DNA from: Octopus vulgaris
Taxonomy: Eukaryota
Assembly (NCBI GenBank): GCA_951406725.2
Contig: OX597825.1
Span: 2,852,001 to 2,916,000, forward strand
Length of the DNA: 64,000 nt
Reading direction: 5' to 3'
In this document: in pieces, positions 26,806 through 40,069 of the stretch
Layout: every line of letters starts with the position of its first letter
Numbering within the stretch: the first letter of the stretch is position 1
Notes under the pieces: model-generated
Told to the model about the DNA's origin: nothing
Seen by the model: the letters and a program-made list of their open reading frames with translations, nothing else
The model's database searches: none
Translations under genes and position numbers: made by a program

Positions 26806-27690
26806 GTCAGGTTAGGAGTCGGGGGAAGCGATGCTGCAGTGAGATGCCACTTTCACCATTTGTCGGTATATTCCCAGGTCAACCTGATGAGTAAGGTCCC
26901 TGTAGGTCATCATTTCTGCGAGACACCTCCTCATTTGCAGTAATCACGTATCCGATCCATGGATATATGTGGGCGACCTACACTAACAATCAATCCAGCA
27001 GGATTCTATTGAACACAGTAAGCCGAGTCTAGCATGAAAAGTCGAGCAACACAGTCACAAAATATGAGATCGCGATCTCGATTCATGCAAGAAACATGAC
27101 GCATCTCGATTTCTGAGTAGAGTCATGGTTGGATACTCCCAAAGTGCGATGCCAAGCGAGACGCCACCTTTGCTTTCTCAGTCAGACGTCAGCCATCAGA
27201 GTGTAATTCTCTGATGTTAATTCGAAGTGAATGCCTCTCAAACTCCTGAGGTTACTGGCTTCTCTGTAGGCGTTGCGGCAGTCGGACGTGTGAAGCGGAG
27301 TCTCCATTTGGTCGCAGAATTCGCAGACTGGCTTTGATTTGTCGCGCCCCAGTGCTCCCATGACACCACATCTGAAACGCCGAAGAAAATCACAAAGGTC
27401 TCCACACAGGTCCCACACTGCGGCTACGCTGTACCAGTGCGTAGTTCTCCTTTGAAAGGAAACGCTACCTTGTCCGATTTTGGAAACCAATATATTACTT
27501 AAACCTTGACAACAGGATGTCCTTGTACGTTTACCAGATTCCCACAGTATCACAGGCGAAGTCAGCCCCAGGTAGGACAGACTCAACTTCTTGCGAATTA
27601 GTCTTTCATACATTGTTGTCTGTAAGTTCTGATCTTTGGGACTAGCTGCATACAGACTCTTGGACGACTATTGCAACTCTTACATCTGGT
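26806..27690 (+). mobile_element. Decayed Tx1/L1-clade LINE ORF2 (AP-endonuclease region and linker)
   Basis: GC-rich block. Collinear remnants across frameshifts: DAAVRCHFHHLSVYS (~F.L.AVYAP), PWIYVGDLH (~GD[FW]N), RFLSRVMV (~YLDRVLV), DVSHQSV (~SDH..V), GYW (~GYWKFN), RRIRRLA, TSCE. Confidence 0.55.
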
Positions 27691-28312
27691 CGCATATAAT
27701 AATGACATTATAGTTCAGCACGTTTGAAGAGATTTAGAAAAATGTTTCTATTAATGAAAATGACTAAACACTTTTTGCACTGGACGGACATAATCAGGAA
27801 TATGACTTTGACATATCTAATGGTCGATTCAATGATGCGTCAATATTAGATTCTCTTCATTCTGTGGCTTAATTAAAATACGAGAAACTATATTCAAAGA
27901 TTTTCAAGTGTCTCCGATACTGATCTGCATAATGGAAAAAAAGAAACGAATTCTCGTACCAGTGCAAACGGAAGTAGCTTATCGATGTATCGATACATCC
28001 ATGGATCGGAGACGGCATCAGAAAGTTTACAATATACCGAAATGTACGAATGCTTTAATACAGCAAAGGACGACGTTACGCAGAACATTGCCTTGGCTAA
28101 ACACTAAAGTCACCAGAATGTCTTCAACTATTGGAAACTATAGGTTTCATCGCTTTAAGCAATTAATAGAAAGATATGTCACGGAAAAAAAAGACGCATG
28201 GCAGAAATCGAATAGTGAAATGTTCTAGAATTTACTACCGTTTCTTATACTTTGAAATGTATCAATATACCCAGTGAAACATTTTACTAACGGACTTGTT
28301 TTTCGATAATAA

Positions 28313-28893
28313 TTTTTTTTCTACTCAGGCACAGGCTCCGAAATTTCGGAGAAGTGGGCAGTCGATTAGATTGAACCCAGTGCGCAACTGGTACTTAATT
28401 TATCGATCCCGAAAGATAAACTGCAAAGTCAACTTCGGCGTAATTTTGAACTATGTACGTCAAGACGGACGAAATACCTATTTCTTTACTACCCACAAGG
28501 GGCTAAACGCAGAGAGGACAAACAAGGACAGACAAATGGATTAAGTCGATTACAGCGACCCCAGTGCGTAACTGGTACTTACTTTATCGACTTCGAAAGG
28601 ATGAACGGCAAAGTCGACCTCGACGGAATTTGAACTCAGAACGTAGCGGCAGGCGAAATAACTATTTCTTTACTACCCACAAGGGGCTAAACACAGAGGG
28701 AACAAGCAAGGACCGACAAACGGGTTTAGTCAATTATATCGACTCCAGTGCGTAACTGGTACTTATTTCATCGAACCCAAAAGGATGAAAGGTAAAGTCG
28801 AACTCGGCGGAATTTGAACTCAGAACGTAGCGGCAGACGAAATACTACTAAGCATTTGACCTGGCGTGCTAACGCTTCTGTCAGCTACCTGCT
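28313..28893 (-). mobile_element. Trimeric Meta-domain SINE: head-(core+tail A)-(core+tail A)-(core+tail B)
   Basis: CTATTTCTTTACTACCCACAAGG at 28478 and 28662 (184-bp period). Three Meta cores and one head (28845-28893). Confidence 0.92.
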
Positions 28894-29264
28894 ATTTTTG
28901 GACGATAATATTGTTTATTTAAAGCAAGTGATATAGTTCTATGATAATGTCCAGTTCGTATATCAAAATGGTTTTCACAATCGTTTAGCTAAAAAAAAAA
29001 TGCTTTATCACTCAGAGCTAGATAGGGACACATGTGTCGATAAACAGGATACAAAAGCACCTTAAATATGAACAGCCATAAAGGCTTTCTGAAAATATAT
29101 TTATGAATAATTGATTGTCATATAATGAAAATATAAAAAAGATGGTGATTAAATTATTGAGTTAACTAATTCATGCCAGAGGCAACAGATAGATACACAA
29201 CAAATAAAACAATAAAAAATTAAACACAAATGTACTATATATGCAGAGATAGGGATGTACACCA

Positions 29265-29267
<3 letters not shown>

Positions 29268-29319
<52 letters not shown>

Positions 29320-29342
29320 ATACGTATGTATATATGTATAAA

Positions 29343-29426
<84 letters not shown>
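29268..29426. repeat. (TA)(TG)...(CA)(TA) quasi-palindromic compound microsatellite
   Basis: Seen directly. Confidence 0.9.
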
Positions 29427-29639
29427 AATTCCTGTGGACTTCTATGTTTCCTCAAAAGAATGAATTTGAAAATATATCTGCTTCAAACTAACCTCCGAGC
29501 ATAATATATAATATGGGCATAATATAAAGTGACAAAGGAATTCCAATCTTGATTCTCACGTTTTATTTACAATACACACCCTAAAAATCCCGGTATATAT
29601 GCATATATTCCTAAAAATACATTTTCATATACATTGTGT

Positions 29640-30030
29640 ATGGGATTCTCTCCCACCAGGTTTTACAGTACGTCCTCGTCGAACTCTACACATCTGTCAG
29701 GACGAGGCTAGACTTCAAGGCGATTCTTTCAGGCCGGGAATATCTGGAACAACTGTTGACAATGGCTCACGTTTATTATCCAATCTCCATATACTGCATT
29801 AATATTCCTCGCATTTGCCGTTGCGTTCTTGTCTTTATTGAATTTATACAGCAAGATGTACCTAATATGCTCCATTGTAACTTCCGATATAGCTTTGAAA
29901 AAATAACTGTTAAAATCAAACTCTTCAACATTTCACTAAGAATAAGGACAATGTAAAATTACTACCTCCATTTATAGCAAATTCAATTATGAATCGAGAG
30001 AATGGGAGAACTTTATAAGAGAATTCTACC
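29640..30030 (-). mobile_element. Mariner element 5' portion (transposase N-terminal HTH region, with stops)
   Basis: 29640-29890 translates to EVTMEHIRYILLYKFNKDKNATANARNINAVYGDWIINVSHCQQLFQIFPA*KNRLEV*PRPDRCVEFDEDVL*NLVGENP, a typical mariner N-terminus. The upstream boundary is approximate. Confidence 0.9.
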
Positions 30031-30663
30031 ATGTGAAAATGTTTCAAAGCAGACAATACGTTCAAGATTAGCTTCAGTGTTTTTAAAAAAGGTTTTTTCG
30101 ATTACTTTCGCAAACTTGTCGCTGTAAATATCAAGCAGTCTGTTATTAGCAGTGCAGATGATGATTCCATTACTTAAAAGAATAGCCATTCTTATATAAA
30201 TGCATACTTACCATCGTGAAAAGGGTTAAATGGGATATCTTTTTGAAGTTACAGCTACCATTATTCACATGAATGTGACACACCTTGACGCTGTCTGCTA
30301 ATGGTAGGCGTATAATCATCTTCCTAATAGGAGACTATATTAGAAATTTGAAATAAGTCATCAATGGTGCCTAGAGTTCATATATTTAATAATTCAATTT
30401 ATTTGGAAATTCTTAAGATTCTTCGACAGTAATAATCACATACATCACCATTTCTAGTTCATGGGGCATTGCTAGATTATTAATTAGATTTATGTCGAAC
30501 ACAGAGAGATATCATTAAAATTAAAAAAATATAGTAATTAGAAGAAAGAAACGAGCTGGCTTCGTTTTTGTGGTAGTTTAGGAACTGAAAGAAAAATGGA
30601 ATGTTCGTAATATTTATTTATACAGTTATAGTTCCATAACTCATTAGGGATGTTAACTTAGTC

Positions 30664-30732
30664 CACATAAGTTTAATTACACCATTAACTAGACATAGTC
30701 AAGGTTAAGTAAGCTACCCAACCCTCCTTGAT
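30664..30732 (+). repeat. 69-bp direct repeat, copy 1
   Basis: 64/69 identical to 31855-31923 (manual alignment). Confidence 0.9.
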
Positions 30733-31098
30733 GTTACACTCTATTCAGAAAGTTTATTCATAAATTATATATAAACTAAAACAGCCATTTATGTTTCTTC
30801 ATTGTATAAAGCTTGCTGGTAAATTCACCTACATATTGGAGATATAAGTACCTTAAGAAAACGATTAGTAATGTCAACATTTCTAATTTTGGTAAATATA
30901 ATAAATGAAGTTTGGTGAAGTAAAAGATCGGATTTACAGAAACAAACAACCTCATGGATAAATTATGTATTTCAATCAGTGATTTTGAAGACTTTTTCTC
31001 AGGATTTGTATATTGGCTGAAGATCACAACTGTAATGCGTAAATGATATTATCGACTAGCATGTGCTTCCAATACGATTGGTAAATACACGCGGAGTT

Positions 31099-31135
<37 letters not shown>

Positions 31136-31854
31136 ATATTGAAAAACAAATTTAAACTAGACTGATATAAATCAACGCGTATATAATAACCATGGTTACG
31201 CATGAATGATAACTTTTTTCGGCACAGATGTGTCTTAAGAATTATATTTCTCTATGGGATTGGTACAATATGGAAAAGGAACAATGTAACGGTTTTGGAT
31301 GTAAACTAAAAGAACGGAATTAAACATGGATACCTAGTGTATTGCTTTTTGCATGCTCCTGTATTATCCTAATAGTGACGTTAGAGGAAGTCTTAATATT
31401 ACCTTCTGAATGGAGTTCATATCGATTTACTCGTCAGATTCTATGTTGCTAAATCTGAAACATTTGTGGTACGCTAGCACTCTGGCGGGGAAATATGCAG
31501 AGCTGATGAGAAGACTAAAAGCGTCAGCCAAAACAAATTACTGTGTGATAATTAGCTGCTGACTAAAGAAACACATGCCTCTCACATATTCAATAGGTTA
31601 TTGATAAAGATCGAAATTTAATTTTGTCTATTTTAGTATTTTACTACTGTATTTCTTTCCGACACACACACCCTCACATCCGCCAATAAGTACATATATA
31701 CATGTATAAACATATATATATGTGTGTGTGTGTGTGAGCGTGTGAGTGCGTGAGTTTTCACTCGGGCATATAAGCGTGTGTAGGCTTCAGCATGCGTTTG
31801 CCTGCGTCACTATGCTATCATAGTCGACAGACAGCTGGTGACATCAGCATTAAA

Positions 31855-31923
31855 CACACAAGTTTAATTACACAATTGACTAGACATAGTCAAGGTTAAG
31901 TAAGCAACCCGACCCTCCTTGAT
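31855..31923 (+). repeat. 69-bp direct repeat, copy 2
   Basis: 64/69 identical to 30664-30732. Confidence 0.9.
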
Positions 31924-33370
31924 AATATGTGTTAGAAAGGTGGAGCATAAAATAATTCAGTGAGTTACAAGTTCAAAACCTTGACCATCGATCAATGTAT
32001 CAAACAGACTGACTACAATATAAAAAAACAAAAACACTGCTGATAAAATTGATTATACAGTTTTATCCTATTTATTTTTTTATTGATATGAGAATAAAAA
32101 ATTCATTCACGTGTAAATTTTCTTACTCATATGTGAGAATATGTGCAACGGAAAGCAAACAAAATATGTGAAGAAAGGTTATATGTTGCTACTCAGTAAA
32201 AAGGAGGAGTTAAATATATTTAACAATTCTGTGGAGATTGTAACGGTTAAATCGAATTCTAAGAAGTGAAGCGGCAATCTTTGAAGATCAAAAGTATTAA
32301 AGGCAATTTGCTGCTGCAGATCTAGTAGAATTTCTGTTGCAAACATAATTGGCAGAGCTATATTGTGGAAATTACAAGAAGAGGAAGCGACTGCAAAGCA
32401 AATGCTGTTGTTTCAATAACGTGGTAACTTAAAATCTTACCGAAAAGTTTTCAGATCGAAGGGTTTTGCTAAGTGTCAATTTTATTGTTACGTCAATATG
32501 TTGGAATAAATGGAAAATATCCATATTCTTCTGTAGCTGTAACGTTACATTGGAAAAGAGGCTATAAAATTAAAGGAAATTGATAGCAGTGATGAGAATA
32601 TCGGTTGCAGGGATTGGTATTAATCAGACGAGAATAAAGGGGGGAAATATCGAAGTAATATGTATAAAACTGAAGCAGATGGGTTCACTAAAATTTCTTA
32701 TTCTTATTTTGAAGATAAATGCAAATAATTGCGTCTATATAAATATTGCAAAATTATAGTGTTCCGATGTCGGAAATCTTATGACAATAATGACCACATT
32801 ACTAAAGCTGGTAGTTTGAATTACGGCCTTCCGATTCTCTTCGCCAGAATACAAGTCATTCCATTTGCTGCTTACTTCCATGTTAGCCTGAACTAGTACA
32901 CCTAAAGCAAAGGCATCGAGTGACTACGAACAGATAGGCACCCTATCTTTTCACAAAACCTGTCCTTGCTGGATCATGAAAGTAGTTGGGTTTCTTGAAA
33001 GATGTTAGAGAAGAATTAGGATTATACTTCGCTATTATGAGTGTGTTGAGCAACGACGAAACGTTTTGACGTAATTTCAAATTCTTCCTCTGCACCTGTT
33101 ATTGTTTCATTTCAAGAAGTAGTATTTGTTCATTTGTATTCTCTAGACGATGCATTCTTAGTTTAAAGACTTGCTTCAAATCCTAAGATATTTTTGCCCT
33201 CCTCAGAGTTCGGAAGCGAATTAGTTAGAAGTATTGGTAACCTTTAAAATAGTTTTTCTTTAAGGATTGAACTGTACGAGAATTTTAATTTATTCTTATA
33301 GAGACCGTGCCATATTTTTCAAATTCTGCGTAACTATGGACAACATTTGTCAAAGTTTTCCTTTGACAAA

Positions 33371-33465
33371 TAGTAGAAGACACCTGCCCAAAGTGCCACG
33401 CAATGGGACTGAACTTGGGACCACGTGGTTACCACGCTACTTACGACACAGCCACTGCTGTGCCT
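33371..33465 (-). mobile_element. tRNA-derived SINE family 2, head fragment
   Basis: TAGAAGACACCTGCCCAAAGTGCCACGCAATGGGACTGAAC is the reverse complement of the 40070 copy. Confidence 0.85.
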
Positions 33466-34349
33466 ATATATTGATAATGATACCTTCCGGAAATTGAGTG
33501 TGACAATCCTATTCTATGCACGTATATAGACATAATGGCACAGATAATATGTAAGAGCAACGTTGATATCATTTGTGTCTATATATAACGCAAACAGATT
33601 CTTAAATAAAATACATAACAGAATGTCGGGGTCGGATTTGCGTGTACAAGAAAACAACTCAAGCACAAAGGCACAGACACACACACACGCACATGTATAA
33701 TATGTGAGTATGTACGTATACACACACGCGCACATATATACGACGGATTTCTTTCAGGTTCCCTCTCGATGCTACAGGAGAAGACATTACATGAATTGCC
33801 ACACAATGAAACTGAAATCGAGAGCCTGTGGTTAAGAAGCAAAATTCTTATCAAAGTCACGTTTGCTCTATAAAGGAATTGAATTGTTCTATATCAGTAT
33901 CAACTTGATAAGCAATGGTTTGTGATGGAACAATGACACCAAGAGGTATCATAATATTCCTAAATCTAATTTACTTCACAGTGCACTGTACGATGTGCGT
34001 CCATTATAGAAATTTAACGTCCAGCGTTTGCCTAATAATTTCTCAGAAGAGAGCGGTTTAGTCATGAATAAGTAGACTTATATGGATCATGTATCCAGAT
34101 AAAATAATTGTCACACGAGTTGTTAAAAGCTAGGTTTATCGTCATTACTCAACATAGTAAAATGACATAAGATTTAGGAACTAGGTATATACTGTACCTT
34201 TTAAAAACTGGAAGGACTGTTATGATATGTTTAAGATCTCCATGTCCTGATCTTGTTAAACTGGGATATTACAAGTTACGAACGTAGACAAACGGTATGG
34301 ACGAAAGGTTCAAATACACGTAGTTGTTTTATAGTGAATTCTACGACCA

Positions 34350-34430
34350 ACATGTATACATGTATACATCTATACATCTCATTTATACATCTATACATCT
34401 ATACATCTCATTTATACGTTTATACATCTC
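34350..34430. repeat. Short minisatellite of TATACATC units
   Basis: Seen directly. Confidence 0.8.
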
Positions 34431-35885
34431 TGCCTACAAAATGTCAGTTTTTCTTTGATCTTATTCCTCGTTCTTCATTTGTTTTGACATAACTTGTTTG
34501 TGTCCGTCTGGGATAAAAAATAAACCTCCAACTAACAGCAGCTAAACAATGCTAAGTCTTCGTGACACGTAATCGTTTCGTATTTATTTCCATTTACTTC
34601 ACTGCAATATCCCACATCAAATACTTTATAGTTTTACGAATACGAAAAATTAAATTAGAGAGGGAAATGCCATAATGTTAGCAACACATTAGATGCAACG
34701 ACAAAAGACAATTAAATAGATATTACATTCCTGTCGAGATTATATTAATTAAAAATTCTTAATGAAATTTTATAGTATTGATATTTATATGTTATTGCAG
34801 TTGAGATGCTGTCACCTGACTTGACTCACCGTTAAGTGTATAGCATGACTCCGCTATATTCTCTGTTTTGTTTCTGCCTTTTTCTTTTGTCGTCTTCGCT
34901 CTTGCTATTTTTTCTAGATTCATTTTCTATTTAGAAGTATTAATTAAATATATTTTGGTGTGATGTATTGTATAATATTTTAATAATTTTAGGATGTTCC
35001 GGCAGATCATGTTCAGAAAACACATTATATATGTATGCTTTCCTTTCACTTATATACACACATGATCGCTTTCCCACACATATATTTCAGCTACATGCAC
35101 ACGCAATCGTATCCACACGCATACACAAAGATTTTTCCAGGTAAAGGCATTTATGATCGTGCACAAACATTGATATCAAAAGACAGTGCATAAAAGCATA
35201 CGCTCACACACAGACATATATAGGTGTCATGTAAATGGTGTATCGAGAAATTTCTGTATATATATATGTGTGCATTTGTGGATATATGCGTGTTTGTGCA
35301 TATGTGTGTGCTCACACAATCAGAAATATTTGTTCACAGGAAATGATATTTCATTAAATATATGAGGAATTTAATTAAACAAACTTCGTTCAAAAATTCA
35401 TGTGTTTTAATATGAATGACTAAAATAAATGACACACATTTTCAAATCGCTTTTCTTTATATTCATAATTCGAGGGTTGATTTAGATTTATGTAACAGAC
35501 TTTTTCCATGCACGAAACTGCTAAAGTTGTAAATAAATTCGCTTCCATTTCTTATTCTCTGTCTCTATCATTATTTCTACTATACACACACAGACAGATA
35601 CACACACACACACACAAACACTCACACACACACACACACATATAAATATATATATAATAATATAAATAATATAGAAATATATGCATATATGCATACATAT
35701 ATGTACATAGCTACAGATATATGCATATATACATGCATATATGGGTACAGTACATCAAAAAACTTTGAACACAATGAGAAACGAAAACAGAAAAACTAGG
35801 CAAGCAACATAAAGAATATTCGCCTTCATCAGTTGTCCCTGTTTCATCCACTCCTTCTGATGCTTACTTCAAGAAAAATCTCAAT

Positions 35886-35932
35886 GGTTGTGCTCCAGCA
35901 CGGACATTGTCTAATAACTGAAAGAAGTAAGA
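35886..35932 (+). mobile_element. Isolated, diverged SINE family 2 3' tail
   Basis: GTGCTCCAGCACGGAC...AACTGAAAGAAGTAAGA is similar to 37305-37350. Confidence 0.55.
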
Positions 35933-36966
35933 TAGCTATACACCATTTAACAAAAAATCAAATTAATCCTGCTCATGACCACACGCCGCAATCTATATTT
36001 GTTTACATGTGGCGTACAATGTGTTGTATATGAGGTGTGCTGAGACGTTCCCAGCTTTAAAGCTTTCGTGAAAGGCTTGGTTTGAGGGACCTAACATCCA
36101 TAGTTCTTTCACAAAGCTTAGAAAACTTGACCTCTGCAATAAGTGTGTGAATCTAAAGAAAAATATTCTAAATAAAGTCATATAAACTAATCCTTCTGTA
36201 TTTTCTTTTACCCAAAGCCAAGAGATCTTCATGACCCTTCATATCAACGTTTATCATTTAATTATAACCAGGTAATTAATCAGTCATGCTTTCTCTAACA
36301 TAACCTAACCCAAAATCACTCCCCAAAATTCACGAATCACACCCAAAATACGTTTAAAATGAAGATAGGTTATATAGCACATTTTTAATTGTACTTTGGA
36401 ATTTATATTGAACCCTAGTAAACTAGGCGGTTTCAATGTGTATAGAGGGCACTACATTGTATAAAGGAAAACCTGATTATTTATACCATAAAATAAACAT
36501 AAATAGGGTTGAAGCTAAAATGGATTTAACCGAAGCTATATTAAGTCAAAAATAACTTGGGTTTAAACAACATCGGCAAAGTCTCTGAGGTCCAGTAGCT
36601 TGTCTAATTAATTTCAATTTAATTACACTAAGTAATGTATAATGTTCAGCTAATTGTCCAGTAAACGAAGTCGATATGCATCATTCATCAGAATAATTCT
36701 ATTTTCAGAAAATAATTTCACATTACAGAGAGATATGTTTGTTGCTTGGATAGCGATGAGATGCCAAACTTCTTTAATTTAATAGTAGTTTAGTGTTAGG
36801 TAAGTTTCAGCTGGCATCATTTCAAAAATGTTCCAGGCGTGAGGATATTTCTAGCGGAACCGACAAAACAATGTCTAGTGTATCATTTGCTACTCAAAGA
36901 TATAGGTTTACGTGTAGAGAAAAACTTACCAAGTATACGTAGAAAACACAGAGACGCATGTCCGTG

Positions 36967-37025
<59 letters not shown>

Positions 37026-37047
37026 ATATATATATATATATATATAT

Positions 37048-37142
37048 CTTGGGCAAGTGTCTTCTACTATAGCATCGGGCAGACCAAAGCCTTGTGAGTG
37101 TATTTGGTAGACGGATGCTGAAAGAAGCCCGTCGTATAAATG

Positions 37143-37179
<37 letters not shown>

Positions 37180-37356
37180 TTTGTCCCCTAGCATTGCTTG
37201 ACAACCGATGCTGGTGTGTTTATGTCCCCGTCACTTAGCGGTTCGGCAAAAGAGACCGATAGAATAGGTACTGGGCTTACATAGAATAAGTCCCGGGGTG
37301 GAGTTGGTGTTCCAGCATGGTCGCAGTCAAATGATTGAAAAAGTAAAAGAATAAAT
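37048..37356 (+). mobile_element. tRNA-derived SINE family 2, 5'-truncated, with internal (TA)(TG) repeat and LINE-like tail
   Basis: CTTGGGCAAGTGTCTTCTACTATAGC...GAAAGAAGCCCGTCG-(TA)(TG)-...CCAGCATGGTCGCAGTCAAATGATTGAAA. Flanked on both sides by (TCTA)n(TA)n. Confidence 0.9.
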
Positions 37357-37381
37357 AACAATATATATATATATATATGTA

Positions 37382-37440
<59 letters not shown>

Positions 37441-38029
37441 ATATATATATATATATATATATACTGTTGGTAAAGAATGTACTATACACCTACAATGCAA
37501 TTGTATAACACGAAGTTTGTGTAATGCGACATCTCTCTTATGCAGGGCGTTAAATATATCCTATGGGGTCACAGTTTTAAGCAGGACCGTTATTACTGCA
37601 GAAGAAAATCAATTTATACATACAACGCCTCCATAGTCAAGAATTTCATAAACATATTCTAAAAGAAAAATATCTTATCATAAATCCATCGGAAAACAAT
37701 AAAATGCATTTAAAATACATACAAAGTTCATTGCAAAACAGAAACTATCATGTTTGCCTAATCATATTCTTCCAATCATATCCGTTTTCTAGCTTCTTGT
37801 ATAGTTTTTGTAAGAATGTATGAAATGAATACGGGGTTGTCACAGTTGGAATGCCCGCGGAGAGAGATATGACTATAGAGAATGATTCTCGGTCTAGTGA
37901 TCGACAACAGCGAAAATACCAAGTTTGATTTCAAGAACACAGTGAAGGATATATATTTAGTGACTACTGCTGTCCACTAACCCTCTGCATACCAAGAGAG
38001 GACACAAGCACACTTATACAAACACATAC

Positions 38030-38066
38030 TTATATGTGTGTGGGAGAGCTTGTGACTGTGTGCGTA

Positions 38067-38146
<80 letters not shown>

Positions 38147-38216
38147 CATACATATATATATATATGTGTGTATATATAAATGTATATATATATATGTGTG
38201 TGTGTGAATAAATGTG

Positions 38217-38248
<32 letters not shown>

Positions 38249-38393
38249 GCAAGAGAGAGGACAGATAAATAAATGTGCGCGTATATGTATACACACATAT
38301 ACATGTATACATACACACACACACACACACACATATATATGCATATGTATATACATACATAGTACATTCATACAAACGTACATACACACATAC

Positions 38394-38443
<50 letters not shown>

Positions 38444-38960
38444 AATAGAAAAATATGCGTAAATCAAAAACATCAAATTCCTCACCAATAAAAACATAAA
38501 CAGCCACCACGTCAACAACCTTACTAAGAAAATGAAGATCGGAGACGCTAATATTTTGCTGCTACTAGCCAAGATCCCTCCATCCACTCTACCACTCCTA
38601 ACCTCGAGCATCAGCAGCGACATCAGCACTACCCAGACGGCGCCTACAGTGCCTAAGTGAAAGCTATGTGGCACTGATCTTTCTTTTCAATACTGATTAA
38701 TTACCAATTCAATTATCTGCTATTGATCCGTCTCTTGCTTCCCATTGATGTCACTAAGAGACAATGTGAAGTCGCAACGGAAAAGTGACAAGTTCACAAA
38801 GAAGACGTACAGTGAATATGGCGTAAAGTTAGGTTGGCTGCAAGGGTAGCCGAGACATACACATGCACGCCTGCACGTGCTGACACATATGCACCCACAC
38901 AAATGAATGTATGTATGCACATACTTCTATATGTATATATACATAATATCTACATATGTA

Positions 38961-39002
<42 letters not shown>

Positions 39003-39066
39003 ATATGCATGTATGGATGTATGTTTGTATGTACATACATATACATATATATATATATATAAACAA

Positions 39067-39097
<31 letters not shown>

Positions 39098-39865
39098 CAC
39101 ACGCATATTAAAACGCACATTCACAATATCATACATACATAGACTTATATTCGTATAAATATGTATGATTATATATATATATATATATATACATATATTT
39201 AATACATGTGTTGTGTGCATACGTGTGTATGTGTGTGTATACACATCAATGAATTTATTCCCACGCATATATAGTGGCACACACATACATATAGAGAAAG
39301 AAGGAACAAGACAGTGGAAAAGAAGCACGTGCTCAAATGCTGGCATAAGTGTAACTGCGTTTGCATGTATATCTGTGTGCGTGTGTGTATGTATGCATGT
39401 GCGTGTGTTTTTGTGTACAATAACAGTTACATATCCAGCATAAAGGGTCATTATTGAGAAAGAAAATTAGGAGCTGCACTATTATGTGTGGGAGGACGCA
39501 GCATTATTTTGAGCGGGAAGAACCACGTTAACAACGGTATTAGGAACACCAGTAGAAACAGCAGAGATAGTGTCTGCAAAACAATCAATTTAGATGGCCT
39601 CAAGCAAAATCTACAAGACTGAAAAATCAATTTAACTAATAAAGATAATTAGCCGACTGTGAACAGCTATCTGAAGGAAACCTAGCAGAATAGCACCTAT
39701 ATTATAATCATGTTGTGTTGTAACTGGTTTTCACCAAACAGATATTTGATGTCAAACTGTCAAACTATGGTAGTTAATATTTCACAGCTCTTTCTTTCAT
39801 CGACGAACATTGATCCATACACACACACACATATATACGTGCATGTTTAATTCTTTATACATACA

Positions 39866-39923
<58 letters not shown>

Positions 39924-40069
39924 CGTGTGTGTGTATGTGTGGAATATATGTAATATATAACATGTATATATGTGTATATATATCTGATGTATATATATAT
40001 ATGTATATGTGTTTGTATACATATGCATATATACGAGTGTGTATGTGTAATATATATAATGCATATAAT
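38030..40069. repeat. Low-complexity (TA)/(CA)/(TACA) clusters (38030-38440, 38900-39240, 39870-40069)
   Basis: Seen directly. Confidence 0.9.

Noticed and set aside
26806-26890. Apparent exon (TTTTAG acceptor, GTAAGG donor, open frame)
   Set aside because: It falls in the decayed LINE block and no partner exons were found. RNA-seq would be needed.
27182-27613. 143-aa minus-strand ORF with a CxxC...H pattern (CEFCDQMETPLH)
   Set aside because: It lies antisense to collinear Tx1/L1 endonuclease remnants on the + strand, and I recognise no protein family. Most likely a shadow ORF.
27908-28228. 106-aa ORF with KVYNIPKCT, like a pipsqueak HTH of pogo elements
   Set aside because: Only a few residues match and no downstream transposase was found.
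28478-28845. CRISPR-like or satellite array
   Set aside because: The units are 184-bp SINE bodies with no unique spacers, in a eukaryotic context.
32200-32700. Purine-rich tract resembling a decayed RTE LINE C-terminus (also 41050-41500)
   Set aside because: Too degenerate to recover diagnostic motifs by eye.
35750-35850. CTGATGAAG on the minus strand as a fourth hammerhead
   Set aside because: No stem II closure or GAAA found downstream.
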